A stretch of DNA of 64,000 bases from Chrysomallon squamiferum (lineage: Eukaryota; Animalia; Mollusca): positions 12,462,001-12,526,000 of the forward strand of contig CM022676.1 in the NCBI GenBank assembly GCA_012295275.1, in the 5' to 3' direction. The notes under the pieces were generated by a model. The model worked only from the letters and a program-made list of their open reading frames with translations. It ran no database searches and was not told where the DNA came from. The translations under genes and the position numbers were made by a program. Below, piece by piece: positions 40,885 to 53,699 of the stretch; position 1 is the stretch's first letter; every line of letters begins with the position of its first letter.

Positions 40885-42490
40885 TATATAAGCAAAGACT
40901 AATTTCATTCTGTTATTTTGTAGAATAATACATATATATTGGTTTGAGTTGGAGATGTACATAAAAGGGTACTGTAATATTAAAAGAAGCCAAAAATAAT
41001 AAATTTGTACTATTTTTTTGGTGGGAACAAAAGGAATTATTTTCACCAAGTTCAAATTCTGTAACTTAAAAAAACAAAAACAAATATAGTTGTTTTTTTT
41101 CCACACATGTCCCCCTTAAAGTTTGAAGTTTATTAAAACTGCTGTGTTAATAATTATGATTAAAACAGTTGCTAATTTCTATTATTGTTTCTACAGAAAT
41201 GGATCCTAATCCTATTTATGAAAGTTCAGCTGAAGCTGGTCCTCAAATTCTGAAAAATGAAGGTTGTTTTCCACATTTTTCTTTCTGATAACAAATAAAT
41301 GAAAAAATTTTGGTATATCTATCTATTGATGTATAAAATAAATAAATAAATTATGTTATTATGTTGATGAACAGATTTGTTGTTTGATTGACTGGAATAA
41401 TATTGCATTTTGGCCTTGCATGTTTAAGAAATGAATAGAAAATTTGAACTTGATTTTAAAATATGCCCACTTTAAATACAAGTCTTAAGAATTACATTTG
41501 CTAATATTTCATTTCATTAAAGTGTTTGAGATTATGAAAAATTATTGATTCACTGGACTTTTACTAAATTTAGTATGATAAAGGTAAATTGAAGAAAGTG
41601 AATGAGTAAATGGAATTGAAACTTTGACCAGAAATAAAATATAATTACAATTTGTATGTAATCTATCTGCCATAGAAATAATTAGATCAATATTGTAGAT
41701 AAGTGCAAAATGTTTTGTTCGTTTGTGAACAACTAATTTTTCTTGAGTATTTCTTATTCACAGAAATGGAGCCTAATCCAATATATGTAACATCTGAACA
41801 AGACAATCAGATGCCACAAAGTAAAGGTAAAGATAAATAATTATTAAGTATTCAAATCATATTTTGTATGAAGTGTGTTTTAAAGTGTTCCAATATGTTC
41901 TTACTCACAGAGACTGAAATTTTTATTTTTATCATATTATTTCAGTTGAAAAAGAAAGCTAAATGACCAAACTAATTTCTTGAATTCTAAACAGTTTTTT
42001 AAAAATATATATGTATATTTTTTTAATACTCATAGGATTAAAGTGAAATGGTAAGCCTGTTTGTACTATGAACTTAGGAATTTGTTGTCATAGCTGTTAA
42101 AAGTTGGATTAAAAAACAGAAAAGGCAACAACTGTATAAAATGAACTCTTAAGTGTTCCATATTAATTGTTTTCTTAATTTAAGTGTTTAATTCATTATC
42201 AAAACGTTTCTAAAAATGTTCAGTTAAAATTAATGAAATAATTTAGTTATTTTCATAATTCTAGTTTATCTTTGTGATACGTAAGTATAGATTATTATTC
42301 TACATATTTTCTGTCTTATGTCATGCAGAAAAAAAAAAAATATATATTACTGTATTGTGAAATGAATAACATACTGTCACAGTATTTTATGGAACATTTA
42401 ATTTTGTGTTAATGTTTGAATACATTATTTCTACAATAACGCATACACTAGGTGACTAGCTAAAGTTCAGTGCAGAGGATGTAAGACTAG

Positions 42491-42522
<32 letters not shown>

Positions 42523-43647
42523 AAATAACAGATTCTACATTCTACTTGAATTATATTATGAAATTCTACCAGGCACAGAATCTGAAAGATCATTAGTTTC
42601 TTGTTTTGTCAGAAACATATGATGATTGTGCAATATTTTTTAAAGTGTAAATGATACAATATTATAAATGATATTGCTTTAATGGCAGCATTTCAATCTT
42701 TAACATATCAGAGGAATTGTAAAAACTTTCCCTTCCATATATAATATATAAGTAAAATATAATAAAATAAAACAAATGCAATTATAAAATCTCAAATTAA
42801 TACGTAGATGAAGACCAAAATAAGAAAAAAACATTAACATGTGGAAACACGTAATGACATCTTTCAACATTGATTAGTGTGCATGTTTTCATGTGGGTTT
42901 TGTTGATTTTTTTTTTTTAATATTTTACTTTTTATTTTTTTTTTTTTTTTTCTCATTTTGTTTCATTTGTAAGTTAATAAGACAAAAGTGGAAATTGTTT
43001 CTGTATGAGCAGAAAGTAATTTAGTTCATTATTATTTTATAAATTCTCATGACAATTTCATTTAATATCACCAGATTTTATCATACTGTCAAATAAAAAG
43101 AATAAAATTATGATTTATAGAAATCAATTTACATTATTGTATTTCAGTAAATGAGCCTTTGAATCCAAAATACAAACATAGCTTTAAATATATATAAATA
43201 TTTTATCATATTTTTTTTTTTATTCTCAAACTACATATAAACAATATTAAAAAAAAATTAAAAAAAATATGTGATTGGGTTTATTTGGCTCTATGAATGT
43301 TGGTGGGCATTTTCTTGACTGCACTTAAAATTTAATTCTTACAACAATCCTCAGATGCTTGAATTCATATTGTTTTATATTAATCTGGTTACATTGTTTA
43401 TATTTTATTATTATTATTATTTTTTCAATTTTAACAAAATGTATTTTTATGTTCCAAGTTCTGTCAAAAAATAAAAATCTGATGTGGTTAACAATTTTTA
43501 TTTAGGACTACTGTTGAATGTTAATTACTGTAGAATTTTCCATGTCTTGTTTGTCTACTTTCAATATGTTAAAAATGTAATCTAGTCTCAAATGGATTCT
43601 GCCTATTCTGAATTTGAAGCTAGTAAAATCTGTTCAGTCAGTATAAG

Positions 43648-43713
<66 letters not shown>

Positions 43714-46700
43714 AAGAAAGTTGACAATTGTGTCAAAGTGATATTTTTTTTGTGTTTGTGTAGATAACAAACTGTACTTTGTAAAAAGTGTATGATACTT
43801 AGTCAGTGGATTATTATGTTCATACTTAAGTATTTACTTACCTTGTTTTTTTATAATCACTAGCATCTTTAAGAAATTTAATATGTGAAATGAAATTTGA
43901 AATTGTTGAATTAGGAACAGGAAACAAGAGATAGTCCAGAGATCTTGCCTTATTAGACTGGTAAATAGAAACAAAAGATAAGTTAAGTATTATTTAGAGT
44001 AGTATAATATGTAAGTGTGTGTGCATGTTGGCAGGTTATTATTTCAGTTGTAATTATTAAAACTGTATTTATTTATTTTGTTCCTTTTGTAATAGTGCTG
44101 TTTCACATGCAGACAGATAATTTTATTTGTAGACAATGATCAGTCTGTTCATAAAACAAGGCAGGTGGGAGGAGTTGGTGCCAGAGCCAAAGAACCTAAA
44201 CAACAAAAAATTGAGGAGGTTAAAGGTCAGGAAGATTATTAGGATTTGCAGCTTTTATTTTTAAACTGTTTATTTGATGTCTCTAACTAAAACAGTCTAG
44301 GTACAAAATAATTAGTCATTCACAGATTTTTTTTTTTTTACACACACACATATGTATGTTTGAGGTCGAGATCTACATGTTTTGTTACTAAGTCAAAATC
44401 TGATTGACACTGATTTTTTATAATTAGTAGAAATTAGTTAACTAAATTTTATTAACATATAATGAAAAAATATTTCAATATTCATACGACTAATCATCAA
44501 TCATTGTTGTGATAAGAAATTAACAATTTTACAAATGTTGTAAATCACACATTTACCCTAAGTATTAAAATTAATTTAAGAGTATTCAAAATGTTAAAAT
44601 TAATATAAATTATGCATAACTAATACTTTAGAATTATTTACTGCTTCTCAAATTCTGAAAAATTAATTCTAAATTAATAGTTTAAGGTGGAAAACAAAAA
44701 CATCTGAATAAAAAAAAATTACTGAGACATTTTTTCATCATTTACATGCATTCAAGGATATATATAAAATACTTACTGTACAATTAACTTATTAAATAAT
44801 TTCAACATTTATTTATTTAGGTTGTATATTTGTGTATTTTTCAGATGACCTTGAAAATTTGTATTCTAAAGTGAAAAAAAGTAATGAATCAAAAACAGAT
44901 AAATCTGCTGAAAAAAATAAAATAAAAGGTCAGTCATCTTACATTCCACAGCATGTTATGCAAAGATTAGTGCACATATATTAAGTTGATATTTGTAGCT
45001 CTTAAATTAATTACATAATATTTGTTTTCTAACATGATTTCAACAGTATATTTTCATGTTTGAAATTGTCCCTGTCCATTTCATAGTAAGAAAAATTATT
45101 GATGTATATCAGGGTTCACAATTTTATGAAAAGATAAAATTAAGGCATCAGCTATCAGCTCTGTCCCAGTGATAAAAAATGAAACATCGGAATTTTCCGA
45201 GGCTGGAAGAAACAGCACAAAAACATCAGTGTTAACAGTGAAGAACAATATACAGAACAAAATTTACTTTAAAATCACAGGTTTTTACTTACACTGAAAG
45301 AAAGCAGAGTGAGCTAGGGTGAGACTGTATAGGGGAACCATTGTTAATGCACTCAAAATAAAAATAGTGTTTGATATCTAGATGTTCCAAGATAAAACAC
45401 AGAATGAAATGTATGTTTCCAGTGTGAACAAAATATTGTTGTGCTTGTGGAGACATCTCTCTTAGGTGTGAACTGTGGTAGATTCAAGATAAAAGAAAAT
45501 GTGTATATTTTGTAGCAAATACAGAAAATAGGGGTTGATAAATTAATATTTTTACAAAAATAATATATTAAAACACAATTTTCAAATATGTTCCATAAAG
45601 GGATATCAACAACAATTCCTAGGTGATCTAATGTTTTTTTTAGGGTTCAAGAAATATAAAACATGATCTTTTATCTAGAAAGCTTTCTGAGAGTCAAAGC
45701 CCAACAATGAATGAATGTCTAATAAAATATTACCACATTTTAGTACTGATGGTTAATATTTATATAAATATAAATATATAAAATTTCAACAAAGATTGGC
45801 AGTGTTATACAAATTTAATTACTGACAAGAAAATGAAAATAAAACCTAATAAGTTGCTGTACATCCTATTTTAGTTGAATCTGTTGCTGCTAATACCACA
45901 ATAGAAAAGAAAAAAGACAAAGCAAAAGACAAGGCTAAGTTAAAAGAAGCTGCAAAGAAAGAAAAAAACATGAAAGGTGAGTTGAATAGTCATATTTAAT
46001 ATATCTGTTTTGTTCAACAGTAATTTTCAAATAATAAGCAAATATTACAGCAATGAAAGAAAGGTGAAAAAGGAAACAGGAAGGAAAGAAAGAGGATTAT
46101 CAGATTTGATTAAACATTATTTCAGTGTAAAAAATATACATTTTATCTCATAAATGTAGACAGTTCACACATGTAATGTGAATGAAATAATATTTTTGTA
46201 GACTGTTCAATGATAAATAAGATAAATATTTGGGTGCAAGACAAACCTTATTTGCTTAATGTAAATTTCAATACAAAATCATTTTGTTGATTTTTTTAAA
46301 TATAACTTTTTTTAATTAAAATACATAATGCTGACGTGTCTTATAATTATCTTCTGGAACAAAGTTGCATGAAAAAATTTACCTAACCTGTGAACTAACA
46401 CTTCCTAGAAAGTGTTAAATGCTTTCATTTAAGTTCAGCAATGTGTTTCTACCCATGCATTCCCATGTAGATCAAAACCATCCTGGAAGTACATTCTCTC
46501 ACCTGTTTTTGATAGGGAAGATTATTTTTTATATAAGATTATTTTTTAGAGCGAGAGAGTGTGTACTGTATTCAAAGAGAAATTCTAATCCTATAGTCCA
46601 CATCTCCATCTTGATAAAATTACTTAGGTTAAACGTTTGACTCTAACTGATATTTTGTGTGTGATAAAATGATTAATGTTTCAGGATTATACATATTTCT

Positions 46701-46938
46701 GTCCCACTGGAAAGAGAATGGAATACCCTGTGATACTAACATGGAAAATAAATGAACAGTGGCAATTTTACTTTCTACATGTTCATTCTAATTTCAGGTT
46801 TTACTGAACCAAATAGACTGTAATCAAAGTTTATTAGATCTTTATAATTTCCTTTAAAAAAAAATAATTGAATAAAATTTAAAAGTTGATTACAGTGAGA
46901 TTAAAATCCTACCTTAACTAAAGTTGTAGCTAAATGAA

Positions 46939-47027
<89 letters not shown>

Positions 47028-50000
47028 GATAATCATAAACATTTACTCTAAGTAAAAAAGTTTAATTAAAAGCTTAGACTTACAGTCATTCAAATTTAAT
47101 GTTGATTTCAACTTTTCTTAATAATCAACAAGCAATTTCATTAATCCACAGAATATTTAATTTAAAATATTTATCTTTATTTCATCAACTTACAAACTTA
47201 TAGACAGTGAAAAGAATTTACTCTTCTAATAATAATAGGCTGTCTTTTCACCTCTTTTTTTATTGATTTATTTTTGTTAATTTTATTTTGTTTTATTATT
47301 ATTATTATTATTATTATTACTTTTTATTATTCTTTTTTTTTTTTGTTTGTATTGTTTTTGCATATTGGCAATAGATATATCTTTATCATGTTAACAAATT
47401 GATTAACAATATTATAAAAATTAAATACAGCTTGTCATTGATTTTTGTTTCTTCCTTTTGCTTGTTTATTAAATGAATTTTCAGAGTAATCATTAACAGT
47501 TCAGTGATGTGCATAGATATAAATATCTGCAGAAGATAGTTATGTTTTAAATAATGTTGTGATTAAATTAATTTTATTATAGTGTTGAAAGTTTAGCATA
47601 TTATTTCAGTTTCAGTGAAACTGGCAGTACATATTTAAACTATTTGTAACTTACAATCGAAAGTATTACAAAGAATAATAATAATGAGTTCAGAATCAGA
47701 CAGTCTGAATGTCAGTTTTAAAATACAACTGAAACACTTCAATGGAAATTCCACTGATCATGTTTGTTCACCATCAAAACAATAGTATAATTAAAAACAA
47801 AGAAAAAATAAATAAATAAACAATAATAATAATAAGATAAGAAAGAAAGGGAAATTAAGTGATTCTCAGCTAAATTCTTCCAAAGGAAGAAAGTGTTTAG
47901 AAACTGAAAATAATAGCATTCAGTTTACAGAAGAAAAATCCAGCTTACTAGGAAAGAGCTAGATAAAACTAGAAGTTATCAATAATATTGTTGTTAAATT
48001 ATTGATGTGTTTATACATTTTTTAATACATATAATTATATTATTATTCAATTAAAGTATTTTTTAACAATTTCATGTTTACAGCTGAGAAGAAAAACAAG
48101 AAAGGCAAAAAGGGTAATTTAAATTTAAATTTTCGTTTGAATGTTTTATTTCATAAATGACACTAAACACTGTGTCTTCAAACTATGGAGAATAAAAACA
48201 TAAAGTAAAAGAAAAATAATTTTGAAAAAGCTATCTGAGTTTTTCTGTCAGTTTATTGCAATAATTTCTACTAATATGGTCTAGAAAGTAGTGTACTGTG
48301 TGAAAGACAATATATTTTTTCTTTCAATATTTAAGAAGTGTACTTTTATTTTCGATTTTGTGACCAGTGATATTTTCAATTAGACTGGTTAATTCTGATT
48401 TAGTTTTGATTTTACTTGAGATGAAAAGGTAACTATCTCTTTGGTTGAGTGGAGGTGGGTCAAGATTCTAATAAAATAGTACTACATGTACCAGACCAAT
48501 TTTCCAGACTCCTAGGACCCTGAGACATTCCAGAGTTCTGGATTTTCAGGTTTTCTGGTACCAAGGCATCTAAATACGTAAATAATTAGACATAAACATT
48601 TTAAAATTAAAAACATAAAGAAAATTGACAATACATAACTGTGGCGACGCGACACATAATGCGGCGAGTGAATGAATGCCAAGTGGCTTGAAAGAGTAGT
48701 TCCAGTCTGGTGAGGGCAACACGTGAGCTATGAAAATAGTGTTGGGAAAAAACATTTGGTATTCTGGTCTTTCTGGATTTCAGGACAACGGATAATTGGT
48801 ACAGTACCTGTATTAAAGAATTAAACATTCTTGTGTTTATATTATGCATAATTACCATTTTATTAATTTTCTCATTAAATTCGGACTGAGTGTAATTTAT
48901 TTTATTGTAACTATAAATCTGTAATATTTGGATTATTACATGTAACATGGTATAATATCATATTATCAGGTGATGAAGAACTACAAAAACCTTTAAGAAC
49001 TGGAAATGCTGGTAAGCTTTGGCTTTATTTTTAATCAAAATGTTTAAATATTAATTTATAATCTGCATTTTTTTTATTATTATTTTTTACAGTAACTTGA
49101 TATTTTACATAAAATTAGGCAGTTTACCATAGATAATAACAAGAATTAAAACTTAGTGTTTCTGGATGTCAAACATGTTTCTCATTACATCTTAGGGTTG
49201 TTGTTTTTCTGAGTAAAATTACAGGGTATTTTTTTTAGCAAAAACTGTTTTAATGCTAACCTTTTTTATCTCCAAGTGAAAGAATATAAACACGATGATG
49301 GTTAGCCCAGACTGAGGCAGACTGAAATAGTGCTTAAGAATTTAAATAGGATGATATTGGTATCATTTACAGAAACACGTGACTTGAAAATAATTCTTTT
49401 ATTAATAATGTTTATTTATTTGTTTGTCCTTGAAATGGTATCATATTACTTGTAATGAAAGTATGATTGCCATTTAGAGACAGACCTTTTGCAAACAACA
49501 GAAAAAGTAAACCTGAGCAATACTTGTGAAGTTTTTCTAGATATGTTAAATTTTTAATCTTAAAGTTAAATTCATTATAATGATACTGATTGTTAATATT
49601 GTTTTCTTTTAGTTCATATAGTATAGTGTATAACATAAAATAACATAATTCATTTCCATATAATATTTTCCTTGATTTAATACTCATGCAGAGTAAATTT
49701 AATAATTTGTGAAAAGTGATTGAATTGTTACATATCTTTTAGGTGATGTATATGAAAATGTTGAACTTCAGAATGTCTACAGTAATTCAGCTTTTGATGA
49801 CAATGTTTACCAAAATGATAAACAGAAAAGTGATACAATTGTGAGTTAGCTATTTATCATATTAATTGTCCTGTAATAATAAATGAAAAAATGCCAACTT
49901 AAAAGAATATATATATATATATATTAATTTCTATTTTATTTTGTTGCATGTCCATACAAAACTAGACCAGGCAAAACAATACAAAATAGCCTTAAAAATA

Positions 50001-50618
50001 TAATTAACTAATTTATTTGAGATGAAAATATTTTCACTTTATATGATAACTTTAAGACCAGGTAATGTAATTCTTGTTTTATTTTGAAAATGAAATTAAA
50101 GTTTATTCAGGATAGACCATTTATTTGGTTTGTTTGAGGAATGAATATTTTTTAATTATCACATTTTTCTGCATCTGAACAATCCAAATAAAGTCTATAG
50201 AACATCAAATTTCTGTAAAACAAAGTGCCATTATTAAATGAAATGTATCAAATACTCATTCTGAAAATGGCTAATAAATTTCATACATGTGCAGTTGTAC
50301 ACATTAACTTGTATAAAATAAGTATTTAATTTTTTAAATATTCATTCCAAATTAAATTATCAATTAGAAAAACATAATGTCTTTGATGTGTTGTTATTTC
50401 TTTTTTAAAAGCACCATGAAAAACAATCCTAGTAATAATATACATATTTTTATCTTTGTTAGGCTCATGCTGAAGGACTTATTTATGTAGATCTTGACTT
50501 CAGTGGCTACAGTCCATCTAGGCAAGTCCTTGGAGATGACAATGAAAAAACAGAATATGCAAGTATAGATCACGGCAAAGTAGGAGAACCTTTGCCAGAC
50601 AATGAACAAAATAACTAG
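22623..50618 (+). CDS. Gene B: complete nephrin-like receptor (signal peptide, 9 Ig, FN3, TM, long tail with NPxY, YxN, ITIM and ITSM), about 1369 aa, 24 exons
   Basis: Exons 22623-22683, 26173-26502, 27687-28037, 28377-28640, 29106-29423, 29968-30264, 33930-34214, 34430-34699, 35135-35431, 36808-37146, 37251-37562, 38206-38337, 39558-39579, 39777-39829, 40327-40371, 41197-41262, 41764-41826, 44133-44225, 44845-44928, 45875-45976, 48084-48113, 48970-49011, 49743-49840, 50463-50618. Sum is 4110 nt in one frame, all GT-AG. Small tail exons are less certain individually. Confidence 0.85.
25300..26030 (-). mobile_element. Highly decayed non-LTR (RTE/CR1-like) retrotransposon fragment in gene B intron 1
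   Basis: Minus strand near 25850 reads DVEEAICSLKDN, like the EVxxAIxxLKxxK motif preceding LINE RT domains; no open frame; boundaries approximate. Confidence 0.4.
26173..26502 (+). CDS. Gene B N-terminal V-like Ig exon (Ig1, six Cys)
   Basis: YTLFCSV..LCLVSTSC..YNCGC..YNLTIQSL..DTKWRC; cag/gtaagt boundaries. Confidence 0.88.
27687..28037 (+). CDS. Gene B Ig2 exon
   Basis: VEFTCFIQGAKPAP..VSWYR..VFCAARN; contains RGDS. Confidence 0.9.
28377..28640 (+). CDS. Gene B Ig3 exon
   Basis: CHCSTSDTGNPAGKISWFK..NYTCKIEN. Confidence 0.9.
29106..29423 (+). CDS. Gene B Ig4 exon
   Basis: LTLKCTTSSSSPNVTFTWKN..IRCQVKN. Confidence 0.9.
29403..29580 (+). repeat. 63-bp tandem repeat (about 3 units) spanning the Ig4 splice donor
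   Basis: ACATTGTACTAGACTTGATATGTAAGTGTTAATTACACTGTT..CAGTTTAT starts at 29403, 29466 and 29529. Confidence 0.9.
29968..30264 (+). CDS. Gene B Ig5 exon
   Basis: PPLNPPVISGY..GDTLNLSCVVTGGKP..CQCSAKH. Confidence 0.9.
30254..33790 (+). repeat. 34-bp minisatellite (about 100 units), consensus CACTGTGTACTGTAAGTGTTCTTATTACACTGTT
   Basis: The first unit is the end of the Ig5 exon plus its GTAAGT donor; middle is degenerate with an N at 32347; explains all Cys/Leu/Val ORFs at 30879-33805. Confidence 0.97.
33930..34214 (+). CDS. Gene B Ig6 exon
   Basis: Same translation as 350-634. Confidence 0.9.
34430..34699 (+). CDS. Gene B Ig7 exon
   Basis: Same translation as 850-1119. Confidence 0.9.
35135..35431 (+). 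CDS. Gene B Ig8 exon
   Basis: Two amino-acid differences from 1557-1853 (I>T, F>I). Confidence 0.9.
35750..36423 (-). mobile_element. hAT (SPIN/Charlie-like) fragment at the same site as in gene A
   Basis: TSD GTCTAAAT at 35742-35749 and 36424-36431; near-identical to 2172-2846. Confidence 0.85.
36808..37146 (+). CDS. Gene B Ig9 exon
   Basis: Paralogous to 3231-3569; 339 nt. Confidence 0.9.
37251..37562 (+). CDS. Gene B FN3 exon
   Basis: Paralogous to 4082-4393; 312 nt. Confidence 0.92.
38206..38337 (+). CDS. Gene B transmembrane exon
   Basis: VEVSSSANTGVVIGGVAGSVVALIVIAVIVTVIVTRQRKQNKKH; hydrophobic helix plus basic stop-transfer; NAGNAG acceptor. Confidence 0.88.
39558..39829 (+). CDS. 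Gene B juxtamembrane exons (39558-39579; 39777-39829, alternative in-frame donor after 39805)
   Basis: GNDSEKGL|MPNGSNGHEGNENISAH; phases 1 to 2 to 1; the 22-nt exon is homologous to gene C 60552-60573. Confidence 0.7.
40327..41826 (+). CDS. Gene B three related tail exons (40327-40371, 41197-41262, 41764-41826) with NPIY motifs
   Basis: VSNIYQADPHILRNE / EMDPNPIYESSAEAGPQILKNE / EMEPNPIYVTSEQDNQMPQSK; all phase 1-1. Confidence 0.75.
44133..49011 (+). CDS. Gene B Lys-rich tail exons (44133-44225, 44845-44928, 45875-45976, 48084-48113, 48970-49011)
   Basis: All phase 1-1, AG/GT-bounded and open; include ENLYSKVKK and KKKDKAKDKAKLKEAAKKEK. Confidence 0.72.
48485..48810 (-). mobile_element. 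Second, more diverged copy of the 327-bp MITE, inverted, in a gene B intron
   Basis: Reverse-complement match to 15551-15877; TA flanks at 48483-48484 and 48811-48812. Confidence 0.85.
49743..49840 (+). CDS. Gene B penultimate exon with three YxN motifs
   Basis: GDVYENVELQNVYSNSAFDDNVYQNDKQKSDTI|gtgagt; phase 1 to 0. Confidence 0.82.
50463..50618 (+). CDS. Gene B terminal exon with ITIM and ITSM
   Basis: AHAEGLIYVDLDFSGYSPSRQVLGDDNEKTEYASIDHGKVGEPLPDNEQNN*; phase 0 matches the previous exon. Confidence 0.87.
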   Translation, partial: AHAEGLIYVDLDFSGYSPSRQVLGDDNEKTEYASIDHGKVGEPLPDNEQNN

Positions 50619-53600
50619 AACAGCAATCCACCAAATTTTCAAAAAATATGAAACTACACACATATTCCAAATCCTTTTATAGATACATGTTAGTTTTTAA
50701 AATATTTTTCTTCGTAACTGTATATTAAGTTTGCCGTTTTGCATTTCATTATATTTCATTTTTCTTTTCTTTCTTACCCAGTGTGTATATGTAATTGACA
50801 TTTACCCTTGTTCCTTTAGAAATCCTTTTACTAATGTATATGAATAATACTTCAAAATGTTATATACACGTATGTTATCTCATAAGAAAACTCCAGTAAA
50901 ACTTTACATAGCATCATTGGACTTTTTCCTCTTTTTTTTTTCCAATTATTTTATAAAGCCAAATAATTTGTAAATATGTGATTTCATAAATAAATAAAAT
51001 CTCTTAATTTTCATGTGTGTGTATGTTCAGAAAATTTATTTAGCTGTTTTATTGTGATAATTCCATTTGTTTATAATCCACTGATTACATCATTTCTGTT
51101 TCCCTTTTATAATATTTAATGCATTTTATTTGGATATTTTTATGGATAAGTTTATGTCTGTATGTCTGTATGTATGTATGTATGTATACATTCAGAAAGT
51201 TTATTTAGATGTTTTATTGTGATAATTCAATTTGTCTTCCTGTTAATTTTATATTTAATTACTGACAAAATGTTTGCTGTGTGCATAATATTCAAAGGTT
51301 TATTTTAAAATATTCTTAAGCATTCCATGTAAAATTGTATGGTTACTGACAGGCATGTGTTTTTTTATTCATTTTTTTTTTTTTTTGATTTTTACCATTG
51401 TTAAATTGTTAATTTATCTTTATTTATTTTACAAATGTTGATTTTAAAATTTTAGGTTTTTCTCAGATGCTTATTGCCTCTGATAATATTAAGAGAAAGG
51501 TTCACATTCCACGAGGCTCAGTTTTAATCTTTAAAAGTGAAATATTTCTGAACTTAAGATATGTTTTCATCAGTCAAATAAAAATTATATCTAAATATTT
51601 TTATTTTTTATCTTAGTTTCATAAAATGTTTAAAGATTAAAAATATTAAGAAATTGCTTTTTTCTCTCCTGATAATGTTGATAGTAGGAATACAGTTTCA
51701 CATTTTTTTAAATTTGTCAGAAACATGAATTGCTTTTTTTCATTTTGTTAAGGTAATAAAATATGTAATATTAATTTATTTATGTAAAATATTGACTTTG
51801 TTATATAGGGGCAATGAGAGTATTAAGCACCATGGGTCAATAGTCACCATTACATAGAAAAAATGGAATATTTATTTCTGTGGAAGTATTCATGTTTTTC
51901 AGTTGGTTTTTTTAACCTGTGATTATAAAGTTTTCTTTTAAAGCTAGTTGAACTGGCTGAAACATGCAGCACATACCAATACTGCTGACCTTTGTTATGA
52001 CTCATGAAAACTGGATGTAAACATGAAGAAAACGGAGAAGCCTGTAAATGAACCAATCTGAATGATTTTTAATAATGTGTTTCTAATTGGAATGGGCATT
52101 AACAGAGAAAAGTGATTGCAAATACTGATTTAAAAGAACATTTAAAATGTAATTGTAGCTTATTTTAGCAAAGGATAACATTTATAGTTTTGCTAGTGCT
52201 TAAAGTAATTAACACTGGTACCATCTTATGTTTAGGACTGTTCAAATGTATCATTTGATCCATTTTAAATTTTGGGCACCTGATGCCTTAGTGTGAAAGG
52301 AAAAATATGCATGATACAAGTTATTTTCTTTATACTAGAAGTCATGACAAGCTGCTCCTTGCAGTTCCTGTCAGTCCTCTACTGAAGAGGAAGATGACAA
52401 ATCAGGCCATGAAAACGGGATTGACTGAATAATGCACACAGTGGCCATCCTAAATTTTAATATCAGCCATTTTTTTTTTATTCCTCTGGACCAAAGATCA
52501 GTTTCATATATCTTGGTCCTTTTTAACCAAAATAAAACACAAGATTTTTGCAGCAGATATTGTTTACTTTCAGTTAAACTTTCTGTTTTCATTTATTTTA
52601 CTACATGAAATTTTAAAATGGATGTCACATGATTTTTAATGACATTTGAATTTTAGATTTAATATAGCATGAAGATGATTTTTAATGATATTTGTGTGTC
52701 TGTTCTTTTAAATACATATAAATGTTAAAAAAATTAGAAGAGTTATGCTTAATACCTCAGATGTCCCTATAAATCATAGGTACTTGTTAAAAAAACAAAA
52801 AAAAACAAGAAACTGCTGCTATTGAAATGTAATATTGTTTTATGATTAAAAGTTAAAAATATGTAAAATTCTGTTTGCAAGTATGTTCAAACTTTCAGTG
52901 AAGAAAGATATGTTTGCATTTATTATTATTGTTACTATTAAAGAAATATAATTGAAAACCAAGTCATTATAATCTGTATTTAATTCACAGAATTTTATGA
53001 AATTATTTTGTGAAAGGTTTTAACTCAGTAATTAGTTATTTATTAACTAAAGATGTATAATTTAGTTATTGTTTACTAACTAAAGAAATAATAAGGAAAT
53101 AAATTCAGTGTTTGATCAGCTTGATTGAAATGCTTGTTATAATTGATTAAATTATATGTTTGCTAACTGAATACAGTTTTGTTATATCATGAATATAATG
53201 AATAATCATTCTTCACCTTTTAAAACAACAACCCTAAAAAATGTATTTAAATAATTATGTAGATAATATTATTTTTACATCTTTTTTTCCATTGCAGTTA
53301 ATATATCACTTTAGTAGTGGCAATAGCAATACTATAACATTAAGTGATATTTCCACAGCATAAATGTATTTCAATAAATTATTCAAGAATTTGATTTTCT
53401 TGGATATTTCAGTATCCAAGGCTCACATAAATGTATTGTTCATTTACATTCTTGTACAGACTTGACTGCAATAATTTACTTTACTGATGCTGATAATCCC
53501 ATATCTGTGTTTACTTCCTTCTTGAATGACATTGCTGACGATGCTATTACTAAGACTTTAACAGTTCCTAAACCGTTCAAGAAACTAGTTTTGTTACAAA

Positions 53601-53699
53601 AGTAATGAAGAAATAAAGGGGGAAAAATAACAGTTCTTAATAGGTGCTAATGAGAACCTAGCAAGGATAACCTGGACATTTACGAAATTGCTAGGAATA

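Noticed and set aside
44845-44928. NLYSKV as a canonical ITIM
   Set aside because: The residue at Y-2 is Asn, not I/V/L/S; kept only as a generic SH2-type motif.
22623-50618. Calling gene B the nephrin (NPHS1/sns) orthologue
   Set aside because: Domain order is similar, but orthology cannot be shown without a phylogeny, so no gene symbol was assigned.
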